DNA of 64,000 nt from Chrysomallon squamiferum. Its lineage: Eukaryota > Animalia > Mollusca. Numbering within the stretch: position 1 is the stretch's first letter; each line of letters begins with the position of its first letter. The translations under genes and the position numbers were made by a program. Below are positions 50,701 through 64,000 of this stretch, piece by piece. The notes under the pieces were generated by a model. That model searched no databases and was not told the origin of the DNA. It saw only the letters and a list, made by a program, of their open reading frames with translations. The stretch covers positions 9,238,001 through 9,302,000 of the forward strand of contig CM022665.1 of the NCBI GenBank assembly GCA_012295275.1, written 5' to 3'.

Positions 50701-53700
50701 TTTCTAAAAGTGATTTTAAAGAGGTAAATAACATTTATTAAATTTAAAAAAATAAATTTAAAACAATCTTTTAGAAAATTTGCTATAATTTTTCCCATAC
50801 ATTCCAGCATCAAACAACAAGGAATTTTAAAGTTTCTGTAACATGTAATTCTTTTTTTTCATTTAATATTTTAAATACTGTCTACACATTAAAAGTGTTT
50901 TACAAATGTTGTACTTGATGCTGTATGTATGGCTTTGAACAACGACAACAACAAAATAATAATAATAATTAACCAAAACATTTTTAAAATTAAAAATTAA
51001 AAATTAAAATTTAAAAACAAGTTAGTTATGGCATACCTCTATCTACAGTATCCAAAATGCTGACGTATTTCATGGAAATGCTTTAATAAATTCTAATATG
51101 ACATTAGTTTATATAATATTATAGTTACTAAATGAGTGGATATGATTGAAATATTTCTGTATTTGCTTAATGATACAATAAATGTTTTTTCATTATCATA
51201 CAGTCTTGGAAATAAAGTTTGAAATAATTTAGTTGCATCATTAGATGTTCCAATCAAACAGCTTTAATAATGAGTCGAATGTATGAGGAGCTTTGTCAAT
51301 ATATCTTTGATTAAGTTTTATCACTGTTTGGCCCTGTTCAACAGATATAATAACAGATCAAATGCATGAGGACCTTTAACAGTTCTAGAGTTCATGTTTG
51401 TTATAGTTTACAGAGTACAGCAAGTGAACATTGTTTACTTAACTGGAAAATATTTCTGCAGCTGGTTGTAACCTATTTAAATATGTCATATAATGACAGG
51501 TTATGTTTGTGGTATTTCATGTGCCATAACAAGTGAAAACCAAGAGCCTGCAATTTCATCACAACTGAATGAACTGTGAATTACAATGGCATAAAACGCA
51601 GCTAATAACATTACAGTTAATCTAATTACTCACTTCAATCCATGTTAGCATTTCCAAAAACTTTTACAAGATTATATAATTATGTGACAAACCTAAGTCA
51701 GGCTTCAATAACAGAGCAAATATACTATGATTATATGAAATAAATTTTAACGCCTGCTGTAAAAAACAACAACAAAAAAAAAAAAAAAAAAAATGGAGAA
51801 AAATAATAAAAAATAATAATAATAATAATAATTTTATCCAAATTACTTTAAGCATTAAATAAGTATAAATTACATTGCACTATATAGTAAATAATTTTTA
51901 TTTTTTTATTTTTTATTAGAATGATTATTAAAAACACATCGATACCTTTTGTTAAGTTACTGAATACCAAACATGGTTTGTGCTAAATGATTGTGAGAAG
52001 AAACTTCCTATCAATGCATAATGATTACTTTTACATGTATCTTTCCTCAGAGAGAAAAACACACACAATTGTCTCTGATGGGCAAACACAGAAAGACTGA
52101 TCAATCATGCCCCAGGCACAGCTGTAACAAATGTGCCATATATTCTTGCCTGTTAAGTCTCATGTCATCAAAGGAATAATTATGATTTTGTTTTGGGTTT
52201 TTTTCACCTTAAAAAATGTGAAATATTATATAATCACCGACTTTCAGGTGTAAGAATTCATCTTCAGGTTTGTGGTATGGGGAAGAAGGAAAAAAGAAGA
52301 GAAGCAATGCATAACCTTTGTAAGATTGATTTCCCTGATGTCTTCAATCAAAATGTTTGAGTGAATTTTCCTTTGTAATACACTGCTTTCAGGATATCAT
52401 GTTTAATAACAATTTCTCCAAGGCATGAAGTAGTGCATGTGTTCTTATTAAAAACAATGAATTCAGAGAAAGTAATAAATCCATTTTGAAATAAATGAGC
52501 TAAGCTATGACTACATTTTATGTGTTATTTATATATATGGAAACCTGACTTCATGATTGTGTAAATGTTTCATTTACAATAATTCTTATTTATTTATATA
52601 TTTGAACTTGGTGTTATGCAGGCTTTGGTGTAAAACTCTTCCTTCTTCAGTTTATCTCCTTGTCCACATTTACCTTCCCTTACTTCCTGCACAAATCTCA
52701 GGTTACCATTATTAGCTATCTAAATTTAGCAACAGCAGAATAACACTGAAGTAAGAACAGTAATTCAGGATTCTATCTTTAACTATGACCTCGGAAATTT
52801 TCAGAGAGTCATCTCTCTAAGGTTAAGTTGCTGTCTGCTTGTCTAGAATTACAAACAAAAATAGCAGTGCTGCATCTTAATCAGTTCAATATGCAAACAT
52901 GCAGTAAAGTGCATGTATCTTTGTTACAAACTGAACAAACAAATATCTTTTCAAGATAAATTAGTATGACAGACTGAATTTCAGTGACTTAAAAACAAAA
53001 AAACTAAAAAGTTAGAAAACTGATATGGAATCTTAAGGGTCTAATTTACACACTAGCTAGAGGTAATTCAATTTTCTGTTTCTGCAGATTGTAAATAATA
53101 ATAAATGTATTTTTGTACTAAAGAAAAACAGGAAATTAATATTTAAGTTTTTCACATGGTTTCCCTACCTACCAGTCCTGTTTTAAGAAACACATGACCA
53201 TTGCAGGAACCTCTTATGTAAATGATGTGTGTCTGAAAACTTACCACGTCTTCATCAGGCTCTACTTAAGCTGATTGAATTGTATTATTTCTATAGTTAA
53301 CTTTTTTCTCTTTTTTTTTGTTGAAAGAAAGAGAATACAGGAAATTAATATTTTACATTTTAATTCCTGTTTTAGTATCACCAATTACCAGTCTTTTGAT
53401 GTGCTTCTATAAAACTGGTAATGCAGGGTACTCTTGAAATGTTGTTGGGATAGGAAAAGATAGTGTTTGTGATCAATCATGCACTTCAACCAGATGCTGG
53501 CTGGGCCAGTTACATGATGTTTGTAATAGTGGAATGCAAAGAAAAGTAAACCAGAGAGAGGATACAAATATGTGCAGGGTTAAACTGTTTTCTTTATTAC
53601 ATGAAGTAACCCAAAATATAACTGAAGTTGTAAAGAATTCTGGGAGTCAAAAAGCTAACAAAGTAAAATTTTACTGCTAATCATAACATAAATCTTTGTA

Positions 53701-54607
53701 TTATTATTAATATCTTTTTTATAAATTAGCAGATTAAAATGTATGAGGGTTTGTGTGTTTGCGTGTCTGTGTAACAGGAATTCTTTTAATGATAAAAGTA
53801 TTAACTGAGGCTTTGCTTATCTGAATAACAATACCAGGTTTTTGGGTGTTTTTTTGCATATTAAGAGAATTTCAATGTCAAATTTCATTTATGACTTTTG
53901 TTTTACCCAACAGATAAAAAATAAAATAAACACTTATATGACACTGGTTTGCCTTAATATGTAATTAATTTTTACACAATAAAGTGAGTTCTGAATTAAA
54001 ATGAAAACCTTAATGGTCTATTAACAAATTCAACAATTTTATAAATAAGCAGATAAAAAAAAAGAAAAAAAAAAAGAAATAGCCAACAGTCCCAAACTGT
54101 ATGTAAACTTTGGCAAATTAAGGAAAACTGGACATTTATACTGAAATAAAACACGAACTACATCCCTCAAAATAAAACAAAACTAAATAAATAAAAATTA
54201 TTTTACATCAAAAAATAAAAAATAAACAAATAAACAAAACACCAATAAAATTATATTATTGATCTGAAAAAATTGTTACCTATTACTATATATCTGAACA
54301 CAATTTAAAAATTATACTCCAGGACCAAAATATACCAATATTACCAATATCTAGAAAATTAACAGCAGCTATATTTGTAAGTTTATTTCACAAATGAAAT
54401 AACTTGTATGTAATCACTGTATAATTAGTAAAGTTATATCTCATTTAAGTAATTATACACACACACACACATACTCAAAGAATCTTTCTAACAGTGATTC
54501 ATAAATAATACAATAAAAAATTTAATAATAATAATAATATACAAGCATATAAAAACTGGAACAAAATCCATTTTAAAGATATGGTATTGTGCTTGTGTTT
54601 GTGTGTG

Positions 54608-54652
<45 letters not shown>

Positions 54653-56609
54653 TTTGTTTAAGGTGAAAATAGATTAGTTCAATATCATGTAATAATACAA
54701 AACTGAAATAAATCAAAATAATTATGTACATCTAATAATTTTGTTCCCTATATATTTTCCCAGGTATTTAGAACAATATTTAAAAAGATAATTTTGTAAG
54801 AGATATATTTGTTATATGCATTCATGTAAAGATATATGTTCAGTTACACTTCAAGTTCAGTGCAAGATGCTTTCTTAATTCAAGTATCTCAAAATTTAAA
54901 AAATCATTCCCTTTGCAGTGTCTGCTAACATATTGTCATGTCACAATATATTTTGTTGATATGTTTGCACATGCACACATTCAGAAATATACTTTTATAC
55001 CTGAACTAAAAAGGAAGAAAGGCAGAAGAAATAAAAAAAATAAAAAAAAGAGATAAAAATAAATAACCAATTAGTTCAGCTCAGCCATAAATGTTAATAA
55101 AAGCTTAAAAAATTTAAATAATTCATATTTGGCATCGTTTTTGGAAGTGTTTTCTTTACGTGCTTATGAGAACAGTGACAGAAGGATGGAAGTACGGAAA
55201 TGATCATTTACTTTAAATAATTGTTTCTCTGCAAATACTTGAAAACACATTATACTAACCCCTAATGAACTGGTGATCCCTGAATAGTTGGTTCCGCCAA
55301 GTCCTGGCAGTGAGCTTGCAGATCCTGACCTGGAGCTGTATCCAGAGCCAAGACCTGAACTGGACCCCAGTTGGGAGCTGTAAGGACTGCTGTAGGAGCT
55401 ACCATAGGAGCCACCATAAAGTCCAGATGAAAACCCAGCCCCAGAGGTACTATAACTTGGACTGGTATACCCAGTACCAGAATACCCTAGGCCACTTAGG
55501 CTGCTTGAAGCACCAATCCCATAACGATACGATCCATACGACATTATGAAAACCCAGTTTCAAAAAGAATTAGGCAAATAAAGCAAATGCAAGAAAATTC
55601 CTGTAGAACATATTATACATAAAAAGTTCAGCAAAATGATGGTTCCATTATATCAGAACTTCTTTAATTCCTAGACTAAGACATGACTCTAAGTTTGTTT
55701 ATGTAATCCTTTAGTCTATGAAGTTGTGAAAATTGTGTGAGTAACTGTTAGGAATTTTCATTCCTTGATGCCAGCCAGATATAGAGAGTTTCTAGGATAC
55801 AGCAAGCAACAGAAGGTCATACCAGATGTGAGCAACCCATCACAGAAGCACAGAGCACTGCTACAACTAACACCCAAAGTTTGTAGGAATGATTCATTTT
55901 CTCAGTAGGGCTGATAGGTAAGACTAATGGGCCAATCCCAGAAGTATTGCAAAACTAAGCAAATCCTATCTGCCTGCTCAGTAATAACTCAACAGTGGAT
56001 TTATATTCTTATCTAACACTAAATCAACGTTCAAACATTCCTTATGCTTACAAATACAATAGTAACATTATTAGTTCACCTGCTACACACTGGACAAGCC
56101 AGATAATTTACTCTTTGGCCTGTGGTGTGAAAAAATATACTGCAAACTTGTTGATAGGTGATACGATGAAAGTCTGTTGTTGTTTTGTTTATAATCAGAG
56201 TATGAAATAGCTGATCTGAAGTTTTATCAGTCATAATTAGACTGATAACAAGCCCCAGTTTTAACAGCAAAATAAACACAACTCTCTATTTCACTTATCT
56301 CAATATAGATATGTCACTTTATGATAAAATGGTCAAGTAAATTTTAGACTTTGTTGTTTGATACCAAAATAAACATGTCAGAGTAAAATATAAGGTCAAA
56401 CCCATGGACAAATTAGGGGTAAACATTCAAAGAACAATAACAAAAATAATTGTAAAATTATGATTAAAATGTTGTACAAATAATCAAATTTAAAAAGATT
56501 TAATTTTTCAAGTAATTTTCATTTTGTAGCACATTATCATGATTAGCCATTAACACAGAAAATTCAAAGAATGCAGATTAAACATATTATTTTACTAGTA
56601 CGAAATATA

Positions 56610-56643
<34 letters not shown>

Positions 56644-59600
56644 TTTTTTAAGAGCTGTTTTTAATTACTGGTGTTGTAAAAAAAGAAAAAATATTCATTT
56701 TGTGTGTGTGAAGCTGTAAGAAAAAATATGAATATTAACCCAACCCCACACCAGTTGTACATTTGTTGAACTACCTTTGGTAATTATTGTTATCTTGAAA
56801 CAGGTTCATACATGTTCCTGGTGTTGATGTTCTTTTTGTAAGCAGGATGTAAGGGCAAATCAAAATCAAACTTATGAAAACAATTTAGTCAGGCTAAACT
56901 TACACAAGACAAAATAACCTTTGTAAATATAACAAAATTATGGGCAGTATTTAATACAGTAATTTTTCACAAGCTGAAAATAATTTAAGGTGTGTTTTAA
57001 TTTGAAATAGTGCCTCACTAATTCAGAATGCAATCATTAAAAAATGAGGAAAATATCTGATTAGATAATATGTAAATTTCCAAGAAAAACAAATATTTCA
57101 GTGCATTAAATATTTTAAAAAACCCTAACTTAACCTTCATTAATTATAATTAGTAAATCCTTTTGATGATTAGGTTAAAATACTTGAAAGAAAAAAGGAA
57201 CTAAATATTTTGAAAAAATAAAATAAAAAGAAAGTAACAGATTCTATTATATGTTCGTAAGTGAAATAAATATAAAACTTTATTAAAAAAAAAATAATAA
57301 TAAAATGAATAAATAAAAAATAAAAAAAAATAACAATAAGATGTTTATTTATATGTATGTGTTAGTTTGTCATCTCTTGACCCAAAAGCAAAACAAGTAT
57401 ATCTCAAAAATAGAAATATATTTAAAAATCATTTATTTCTTCCACCAATTTCTATCTGAATGAATGCTTTAAATTTGATTATTAAGTGACATTTTTGAAT
57501 AATCATTATCACTATATTGGGCAGCAAGAAAAACTGATTTTTATTTTATAATACTAATAGTACTGTACATCCATATTTTAGTAGTGCAGTTCATAAATAA
57601 TTTTTCAGCCTCAGTCACGTTATTTTAAAACAACCATTTCATTAGATAAAAATACAGTACAGTAGTCAAGATTTAAAATTTTAAAGTTTAATAAATGTCG
57701 TTTCATAATGAAATACCAGTAAATACATCAGAAATCTTGTTTGTTTTATTTTTTTTAATGTCAAAACCATATGAAAATTACATGAATAAAAAATGAATAA
57801 ATATATTACAAATATCTCCCCCCACAAAAATGACAAAAACAAACAACAAATATTAGTTTTAATCTACTGTTCAAGCAGTGAACAGTTTGTTCACTATCAT
57901 GTGGCCAATTGCTATGCAAGTTTCTGAATCATTACACAATCCACTATCAAATTTCAGTGACATAAATTTTGAAAATTAAATCTTCTCTGACAAGGTGAAC
58001 AAATTCTGATGTGATTTAAAATTAAAGGAAAATGTTAATGCTTCTGTACTTAGTCAACTTCTTCTACTTTTTTTTTTTTTTTTTTAAGTGTATTGAAACA
58101 CCTCTTAAGTAAACAATTATAACCATATTCAAGTTATATGAAAACACCAATCAGTCAAATAATTGATATCTTTACCAAATAAATTTAACAATACCAGTTT
58201 TATGTTTTCTGAATTTATAATGAAAGACCTGTTTAAATGAAACATGTCAGTCCATTCACAAAAACAGCAAAATCTCCTTCACATTTTTCAGTAACAAGAA
58301 CTAATGTCTGTTGTAAAATATTTGTGTCGAAAATCAAATGGTTATATCATTATTACAGACATAATTTTTTTACCCCCATTTCTGAAATCAGCTATTTCAT
58401 TACTCACACAAGTTCTGATGAAATTAAAATCATATAAAAATGATGATACATTCTTTTATTAAGGTGGTATGAAGGGTTAAGAAGAAGAAAATGAAGCAAA
58501 ATCATTTTATTCTGACACAGAAAAAGAAGATATCTCAATCAAAGAACAAAGACTGCATACTTTAGTATCTTTTTATAGTATCTTTTTATTTTTTTTTAGT
58601 ATGAAATTTTTTTTTTTTTTTCTAGAAATAAATTTGTTTTTAAAAAAAAACAAACAATGAAATTTCAGAAAAAAAAAAAAAAATTATTTGTCTATATTCT
58701 GTATAAAACATTCCCCCCTCCTTCTGCACAGATTTTTTAATATGTAAAAAAGTTTAAAATAATCAGTATCAGGATTTGTTGAAGTACAACCAAATAATAA
58801 TGTTCCTTTTTCTCCTTCCAGAATGAATGTCAGTAAAATTAAAAACTCATATACCTACACACCTATTCAACCTTACATGTTCAGCCTTATGATGTTTATT
58901 AACCTGAATTGCTACTATCTTCTTAGAAAATAATAAAATTAGTGAAATAAATTAACTGAAACTCTTCTGCAATACAGCTATTATAATGTTCAAAATAAAC
59001 AATCATTGTAAGTTAATCTTACCAAAAGCATGCATTATTGGCAGAACTGTCATAGTTGAAAGCACATAAAAAAAAATGAAAGAATTTTTAAACACTATTC
59101 TTGTAAAATGTGTATTTATTCAACTTCATTATTCTTCTGGAGTTAGGTAAAATAAATAAATAAAATAAATAAAAAGTGAAGTTTTCACGATGAAACAGCT
59201 GCATCATGTAATTATTTCAAGGAAAATCTCTTAAGATTTCAAGAGCTACTTAATATTAAATCCAATAAAATAAAAGTTAATTTTCTATTTTGCAAAACAA
59301 GATTCCTTCAACATGTAATCAGTTTATGGGCAATGAAAGAGATATACAGCTGCTGTGGAAAACTGGATACACAAACACAGACACAGACCCAGACCCCCCC
59401 CACATACACCGACACAGACACAGACCCACCCACACCCACACATATACAAAGAGAGTGAGAGAGAGAGAACATATATACTTACACTAACACCAGGGATGAA
59501 GAAAAACAAAACTGGTCCAAACTATGATAAGCATGGTATGACGTGAACGTTAAAGAGAGTTATCATCAGTTGTAGTGTAGCATTGTTTTTATTAGTTTAC

Positions 59601-62549
59601 CTTTGTCTTATGAAGATGTAACATTTTTTTTAAAGAAAAATATATAAGATTGTTACATTAGAATGAAAGCATCAGATATTCTTGGCAAGAAGACTTTGAC
59701 AAATATATCAAAACACCTACACAAATAAATAATGGTAATTAATCAGTGTCAGCATTGTATTTTTATATCTTGGCAGTATCATTCAGAATCAGTATTAATG
59801 ATTTGTTTAATCTGTAGACTGACCTCACTGACCGATTTACTGCTGTAGTAAATGATAACTATTCTGCTCTGTTAATTAAAAAAAATACCAATTTCATAAT
59901 TATTTTTTAAAGAAAACACAAAAGTCAGTAGTATCACAACATCCACAAACCCATGCTCAAATATCCATGTTATATCAATCAGATACACAACCCCACAATT
60001 CACCATATAGCTGATGATTTCAGTAATACTTTGAAAGGGTCAGAGCAGCTGCTGGGTTAAAATGTTCTGAGTTATCTCCCTCAGTTGAAATACACATGAG
60101 GCAATCCAAAGTTTCCTAAGATATTGTTATTCACAGCCTTGTTTTAATAATGTTTTGACAACTAAAACCATACTCACACTCAATGCTGGATACATACAAC
60201 ATACAGCTAATGTTGATCAAGATAGCAACATTTGGAAACAAGGTAACAGGACCCACATCCTTCTACAAACCATTTGCTTATAAAATAGGTAAATGTAGAG
60301 TTGCAGAAATGCCATCAGTAGAATTTATTATTTACTTATTTTTTAAACTGATAATACAGAACAATAATACAGCAGTAGACTGATAAACACACATTTTCAA
60401 AACAATTGTATCAGTCTTGGAAATTGTGAAAACATCCCAGACTGGTAACATGGACTTTTCCCATCCCTAACCATACACACATACACATACACTCACACAT
60501 GTCTATCTCAATTTTTTGATATAATCAAATATCTAATCTTGAATACATTGGAGAATAATCAAGTATATCAGATGCAGTTCATGAAGCATTATTCAGCTCT
60601 GTAGTAAAAATCAAAAAGATGATATATCCACAGCACTGTATATTTGTATGGTAATTAAAATGAGTACATGATTGAAGTTTAAATAATCCAATGCCTTATA
60701 TAGAAGAACAGTTGAACCAATATTAGATAATAGCTTGGAAGTTATAATTTACTGACTTTAAGTTTAATTAGATCATAAAATAATTCAAATAAATGTGTGA
60801 AAATTAACACTCATCAAATGTTTCTCTATGTCCATCATAATGAGCAATCATTTACATTACAAGATGTCTTTCATTAGAACCTAAAGGGAGGGAAGGTAGG
60901 AAATTCAATAACAATTAATATTAATAAAATAAATAAATGGAAAGAAGTATAGGTCATCTTAACAAGTAATTCAGTTAAATAATACTCAGTTGTATTTGTT
61001 GCTCAGCTGATCATTATGATGACTTTTAGTTATGGTTATATGAATACTTATTGACTACAGGATACTGCTGAATGAATTTAAAAATGTGTGCATGTGTGTG
61101 TGTGTGTGTACATATATATATATATATCTCAATTTTTATTTAAAAAACCAATGTATATAAATAGTCTAATAATAAAATAATGTTCATCTTGTACCTAAAA
61201 AAAAAAAAAAAAAAACAATAAAAAAACAATTCAAAAAAAAAAAATTGAACTAAACAAAAAGATAAAACAAAAAACAACAATAACAATAACAAAAGAAATC
61301 ATTATCATTCAACTGGCCTTGTAGATGTATATTACTGTAGGCAACCGGTCTACAGATGGGTTAATGTGCAACTGATGAACAAACTAAAAAAATAAGTATG
61401 ATAGCAGTATTATTCAAATGAACTGCATTTTAAGATAGAAGAAGTGATAGGTTTTTTTTTTTTTTTGACTGTTTACTGTTCATTAATGTTAATGGTTGGC
61501 CACTAGGGTTATCTCCCTTCTTCCAGCTGTCTATACACTGCAATATTCAAAACTAAGTACACGATAATCAAATCAAACCAAACTGAAGCTTCACCAGGCC
61601 CTAATACACACAGACACAGACACAGACAGACACAGACACAGACACAGACACAGACACACACACACAAAACAATTACATAACACCCAAATATATATTTCAT
61701 GATAATATACCTTACAGAAACAATGGTCTAAATATATTTTGCATATTTTAATGTTTTATTTGTTTCTTGTTATCCAATCGTAATAAGAAAGTACAACACA
61801 AAAAAGTACAGTTAAAAAATATCCTGCTTTAGTTTTTTCTAATTTCAGGCAAATAATCTAGGGTTGAGTTCACCATGTATGCATGCAATAATGTCACAAT
61901 GAAAGGGTAAAATAGTATTCAGATGTATTTCATAAGTATTATTTTACTGCCATACTTTGTTATTAATAATGACAGCATAAACAATAAAATAGTAATTGAC
62001 AAGTGTAATTAATTATAAAAAAAAAAAAAAAATTTAACAACCATTCCTACCATTAGAGGTACAATTTAACAAGAGAGTTTACTTACCCCTGAATCTACCT
62101 GATCATCTTTACCAGATTCTTCTTGTTTGTTTTCTTTGCCTTCCTTGTCTTCTTCATTCTAGAAAAAAATTGAAAACATATTTAAGTATATTACACAATC
62201 ACATTTAATATTATGTAAATGAAAAATATATATATCTGTGAATTTTCTGTGAATTATTATTTATTGCCTATTTTAAAAAAATAAATTATACACATGATAT
62301 ATATATAAAAAACAAAGTTCTGCTTTGCTGATCTATTCTGAGGTTCTTGAATTGGCTTTTCCTTTATCTGAGATTATAATAATTTGACTTCTGATCATCA
62401 TATGCAGTAACTAATATTGATATGAATTCTCCATTAACATTTCAGTTAACTTACATCTGGTTCATAACTGGCTATACCCGTAGATCGTCTTTCTCTTCTA
62501 GCTCGTCTGGCACGAACCAGTGACAGTTCTTTCTTTTCTTCATGGCCAT
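44215..62549 (-). CDS. PPP1R12A: Myosin phosphatase targeting subunit (MYPT1/2, PPP1R12A/B orthologue); 3' part only, continues off the right edge
   Basis: Exons in phase: 62549-62455 (..RARRARRERRSTGIASYEPD, ROCK site equivalent to T853), 62158-62087, 50223-50113 (..DTDYKK), 49672-49478 (LYEDE.. coiled coil), 49032-48982 (EKRALERRLSELEEELK), 44301-44215 (KMDNLKSDNNRLREENGALIRVISKLSK*, the canonical MYPT leucine zipper). Confidence 0.94.
48336..48422 (-). CDS. PPP1R12A: Alternative, paralogous leucine-zipper exon of MYPT (QMPKVKADNAKLKEDNRALSRVVAKLSK*)
   Basis: TTTTACAG acceptor, phase 0, 87 nt like the canonical exon, 15/28 aa identical to it. The TAG stop is followed immediately by donor-like GTAATG. 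Confidence 0.88.
   Translation of the reverse strand, partial: QMPKVKADNAKLKEDNRALSRVVAKLSK
50215..50282. repeat. 34-bp tandem duplication spanning a MYPT 3' splice site
   Basis: GCTTAATGTCT(A/G)AAAAAGATAAAAGATACTGCTT twice, 50215-50248 and 50249-50282. Confidence 0.93.
54600..54651. repeat. (GT)n(GTCT)n microsatellite
   Basis: Directly visible. Confidence 0.9.
55260..55544 (-). CDS. PPP1R12A: Internal alternative start exon of MYPT encoding a 95-aa Ser/Gly/Tyr-rich N-terminus (short isoform)
   Basis: GC-rich ORF MSYGSYRYGIG...GITSSLG ends at donor GGG|GTTAGT in phase 0, matching the phase-0 exon at 50223. There is an in-frame stop upstream of the ATG and a candidate acceptor TTCTACAG at 55601/55600. 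Confidence 0.8.
61606..61666. repeat. (CACAGA)n/(CA)n simple repeat
   Basis: Directly visible. Confidence 0.85.
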
Positions 62550-63592
62550 CTGCAAGAGAACAATGTTACATGTAACTCAAGTAAAAATAAGAAAATGAAA
62601 CAGAAAAGAAGTGAACTAAGACACAATAACAATAAATGGTTATTTCAGAATATATAAATCTATAAATAATTTTTTAAATTCCAAGAAAAAAAAGTCTTAA
62701 GAAAAGATCAACATAAATGTAACTGAGAACATGTTAGAAATTACAGACAATGGCTGGATTAGGAAGCAGCCAATGGTTATAATGAGAAAGACCAATAATG
62801 CAAAATATCTGAGCTCCAACCAATGAGCTAATCTCCTAGACAATCACTAGTGTATATAAAAAAAAATGTAAAAATTAACCAGTAGTAAATTAATATTCTT
62901 GAATGAAACCAGTTTAAAACCTCATAAAATTTCAAAGCTACTTCTGTCTGATGCATGTCTAAAACTTAAAGATGTTAGTCATGAAATATCATTGAAGATA
63001 TACAGCACGCTGTTCAACTATTATATTTAAGTATATATAGTATCTCCAGTTTGAATAATAATTGTTGTACAGACTAATTTACATTTTACATGAGTGCAAA
63101 CCATTAAACAAAGAATCCTTTACCAGTGGTCTTGAAACTCATTCAGCACTCATATCAAAGCATAAAAATAAAAATAAGATGCTTTTTTAAAATTAACGTA
63201 AGCCTTTAATTAAATTGTTGATAAAGATTATTTCAACAGTTTCTAAATACCAAGCCATTTCAATTATTCTTACAATCACTGTACATGTTCTTTAAGTTTT
63301 GAAAACATTAGTATTTATTTTTGTACTAAAATATTTTACAATATGGGTGCATTCTGAATATAACTGGAACTGGACATAAAAACAAAGTAGCCAAAATACC
63401 AGTCATGCTAATATACAGAAGCAACAAAATCATACACATGAAAAAACAAAATAATAAAAAATAATAAAAACAAAGTTATTTTTTATATAGCACAGCAATA
63501 CTCTAATAAATAACTGATCTATATAATAAAAATACAGCTAAAGCAGGAATATTTCTTTTTTTAATTTCACTGAATATATTGTTTGTCCAACA

Positions 63593-63687
63593 ATTTTATT
63601 TTTTTCCATTTAGATAAATTCCTATCATATTATTAATGTATTTTATTTTTTTTCATGTAGATAAATTCCTATCATATTATTAATGCA
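63593..63687. repeat. ~47-bp tandem duplication
   Basis: TAGATAAATTCCTATCATATTATTAATG occurs at 63611 and 63658. Confidence 0.85.
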
Positions 63688-64000
63688 TTTATGTTCTATA
63701 CACCATGCATTATCACTCATCACCTATGCCAAAAAACAGGGTTATGTCATCATTGTTAATTTTGATAAACCTGGTCACTGCTGATAAACCTGGACACTGA
63801 AGAAAAACTGGCTAACACCCAAATTATATTGGTACTGACAGATCTGGCCTGAAATTACATGCAACAATTTGAAAAATGTTTCGTTTTTATAATGCATTTA
63901 TGGCTTTCATTTTTTGCAAACTAGATAATTATTTTTAAAAATAAAATTCAAGAAAGCTAATTTCAAAACAATATTTTAATAAAATAAAAGGATCCAAATG

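Noticed and set aside
53244-53270. Possible MYPT micro-exon ending GACGTG|GTAAGT
   Set aside because: Candidate acceptors give 17 or 26 nt, incompatible with the phase-0 flanks, and the pyrimidine tract is weak. It could at most be a non-coding exon.
55310-55549. 79-aa + strand ORF
   Set aside because: Antisense shadow of the Ser/Gly/Tyr-rich MYPT exon.

Overview
AT-rich, intron-rich animal (probably invertebrate, plausibly molluscan) genomic DNA with four spliced protein-coding genes, reconstructed by hand from splice sites and exon phase. (1) The 5' half of a SCAF4/SCAF8 CTD-binding gene (- strand, 263-8600, runs off the left edge), with decayed Kolobok-like and MULE transposase relics in intron 1. 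(2) A complete GH99 endo-alpha-1,2-mannosidase MANEA (+, 10979-13024), head-to-head with SCAF. (3) A complete 17-exon RasGRP/CalDAG-GEF (+, 23839-33519) with a U12-type intron, a Cys/His-rich REM insert, and a C-terminal PDZ ligand followed by a UGA-CUAG readthrough context. (4) The 3' half of a myosin phosphatase targeting subunit MYPT/PPP1R12 (-, 44215-62549, runs off the right edge). The MYPT 3' end is the most interesting part. It has two paralogous 87-nt leucine-zipper exons, an internal Ser/Gly/Tyr-rich start exon predicting a short M20/M21-like subunit, a tandemly duplicated splice acceptor, and a hairpin with compensatory base changes repeated 3-4 times in the presumed 3'UTR. No prokaryotic features, tRNA/rRNA or CRISPR were seen. 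Gene identities rest on recalled family motifs, not database searches.
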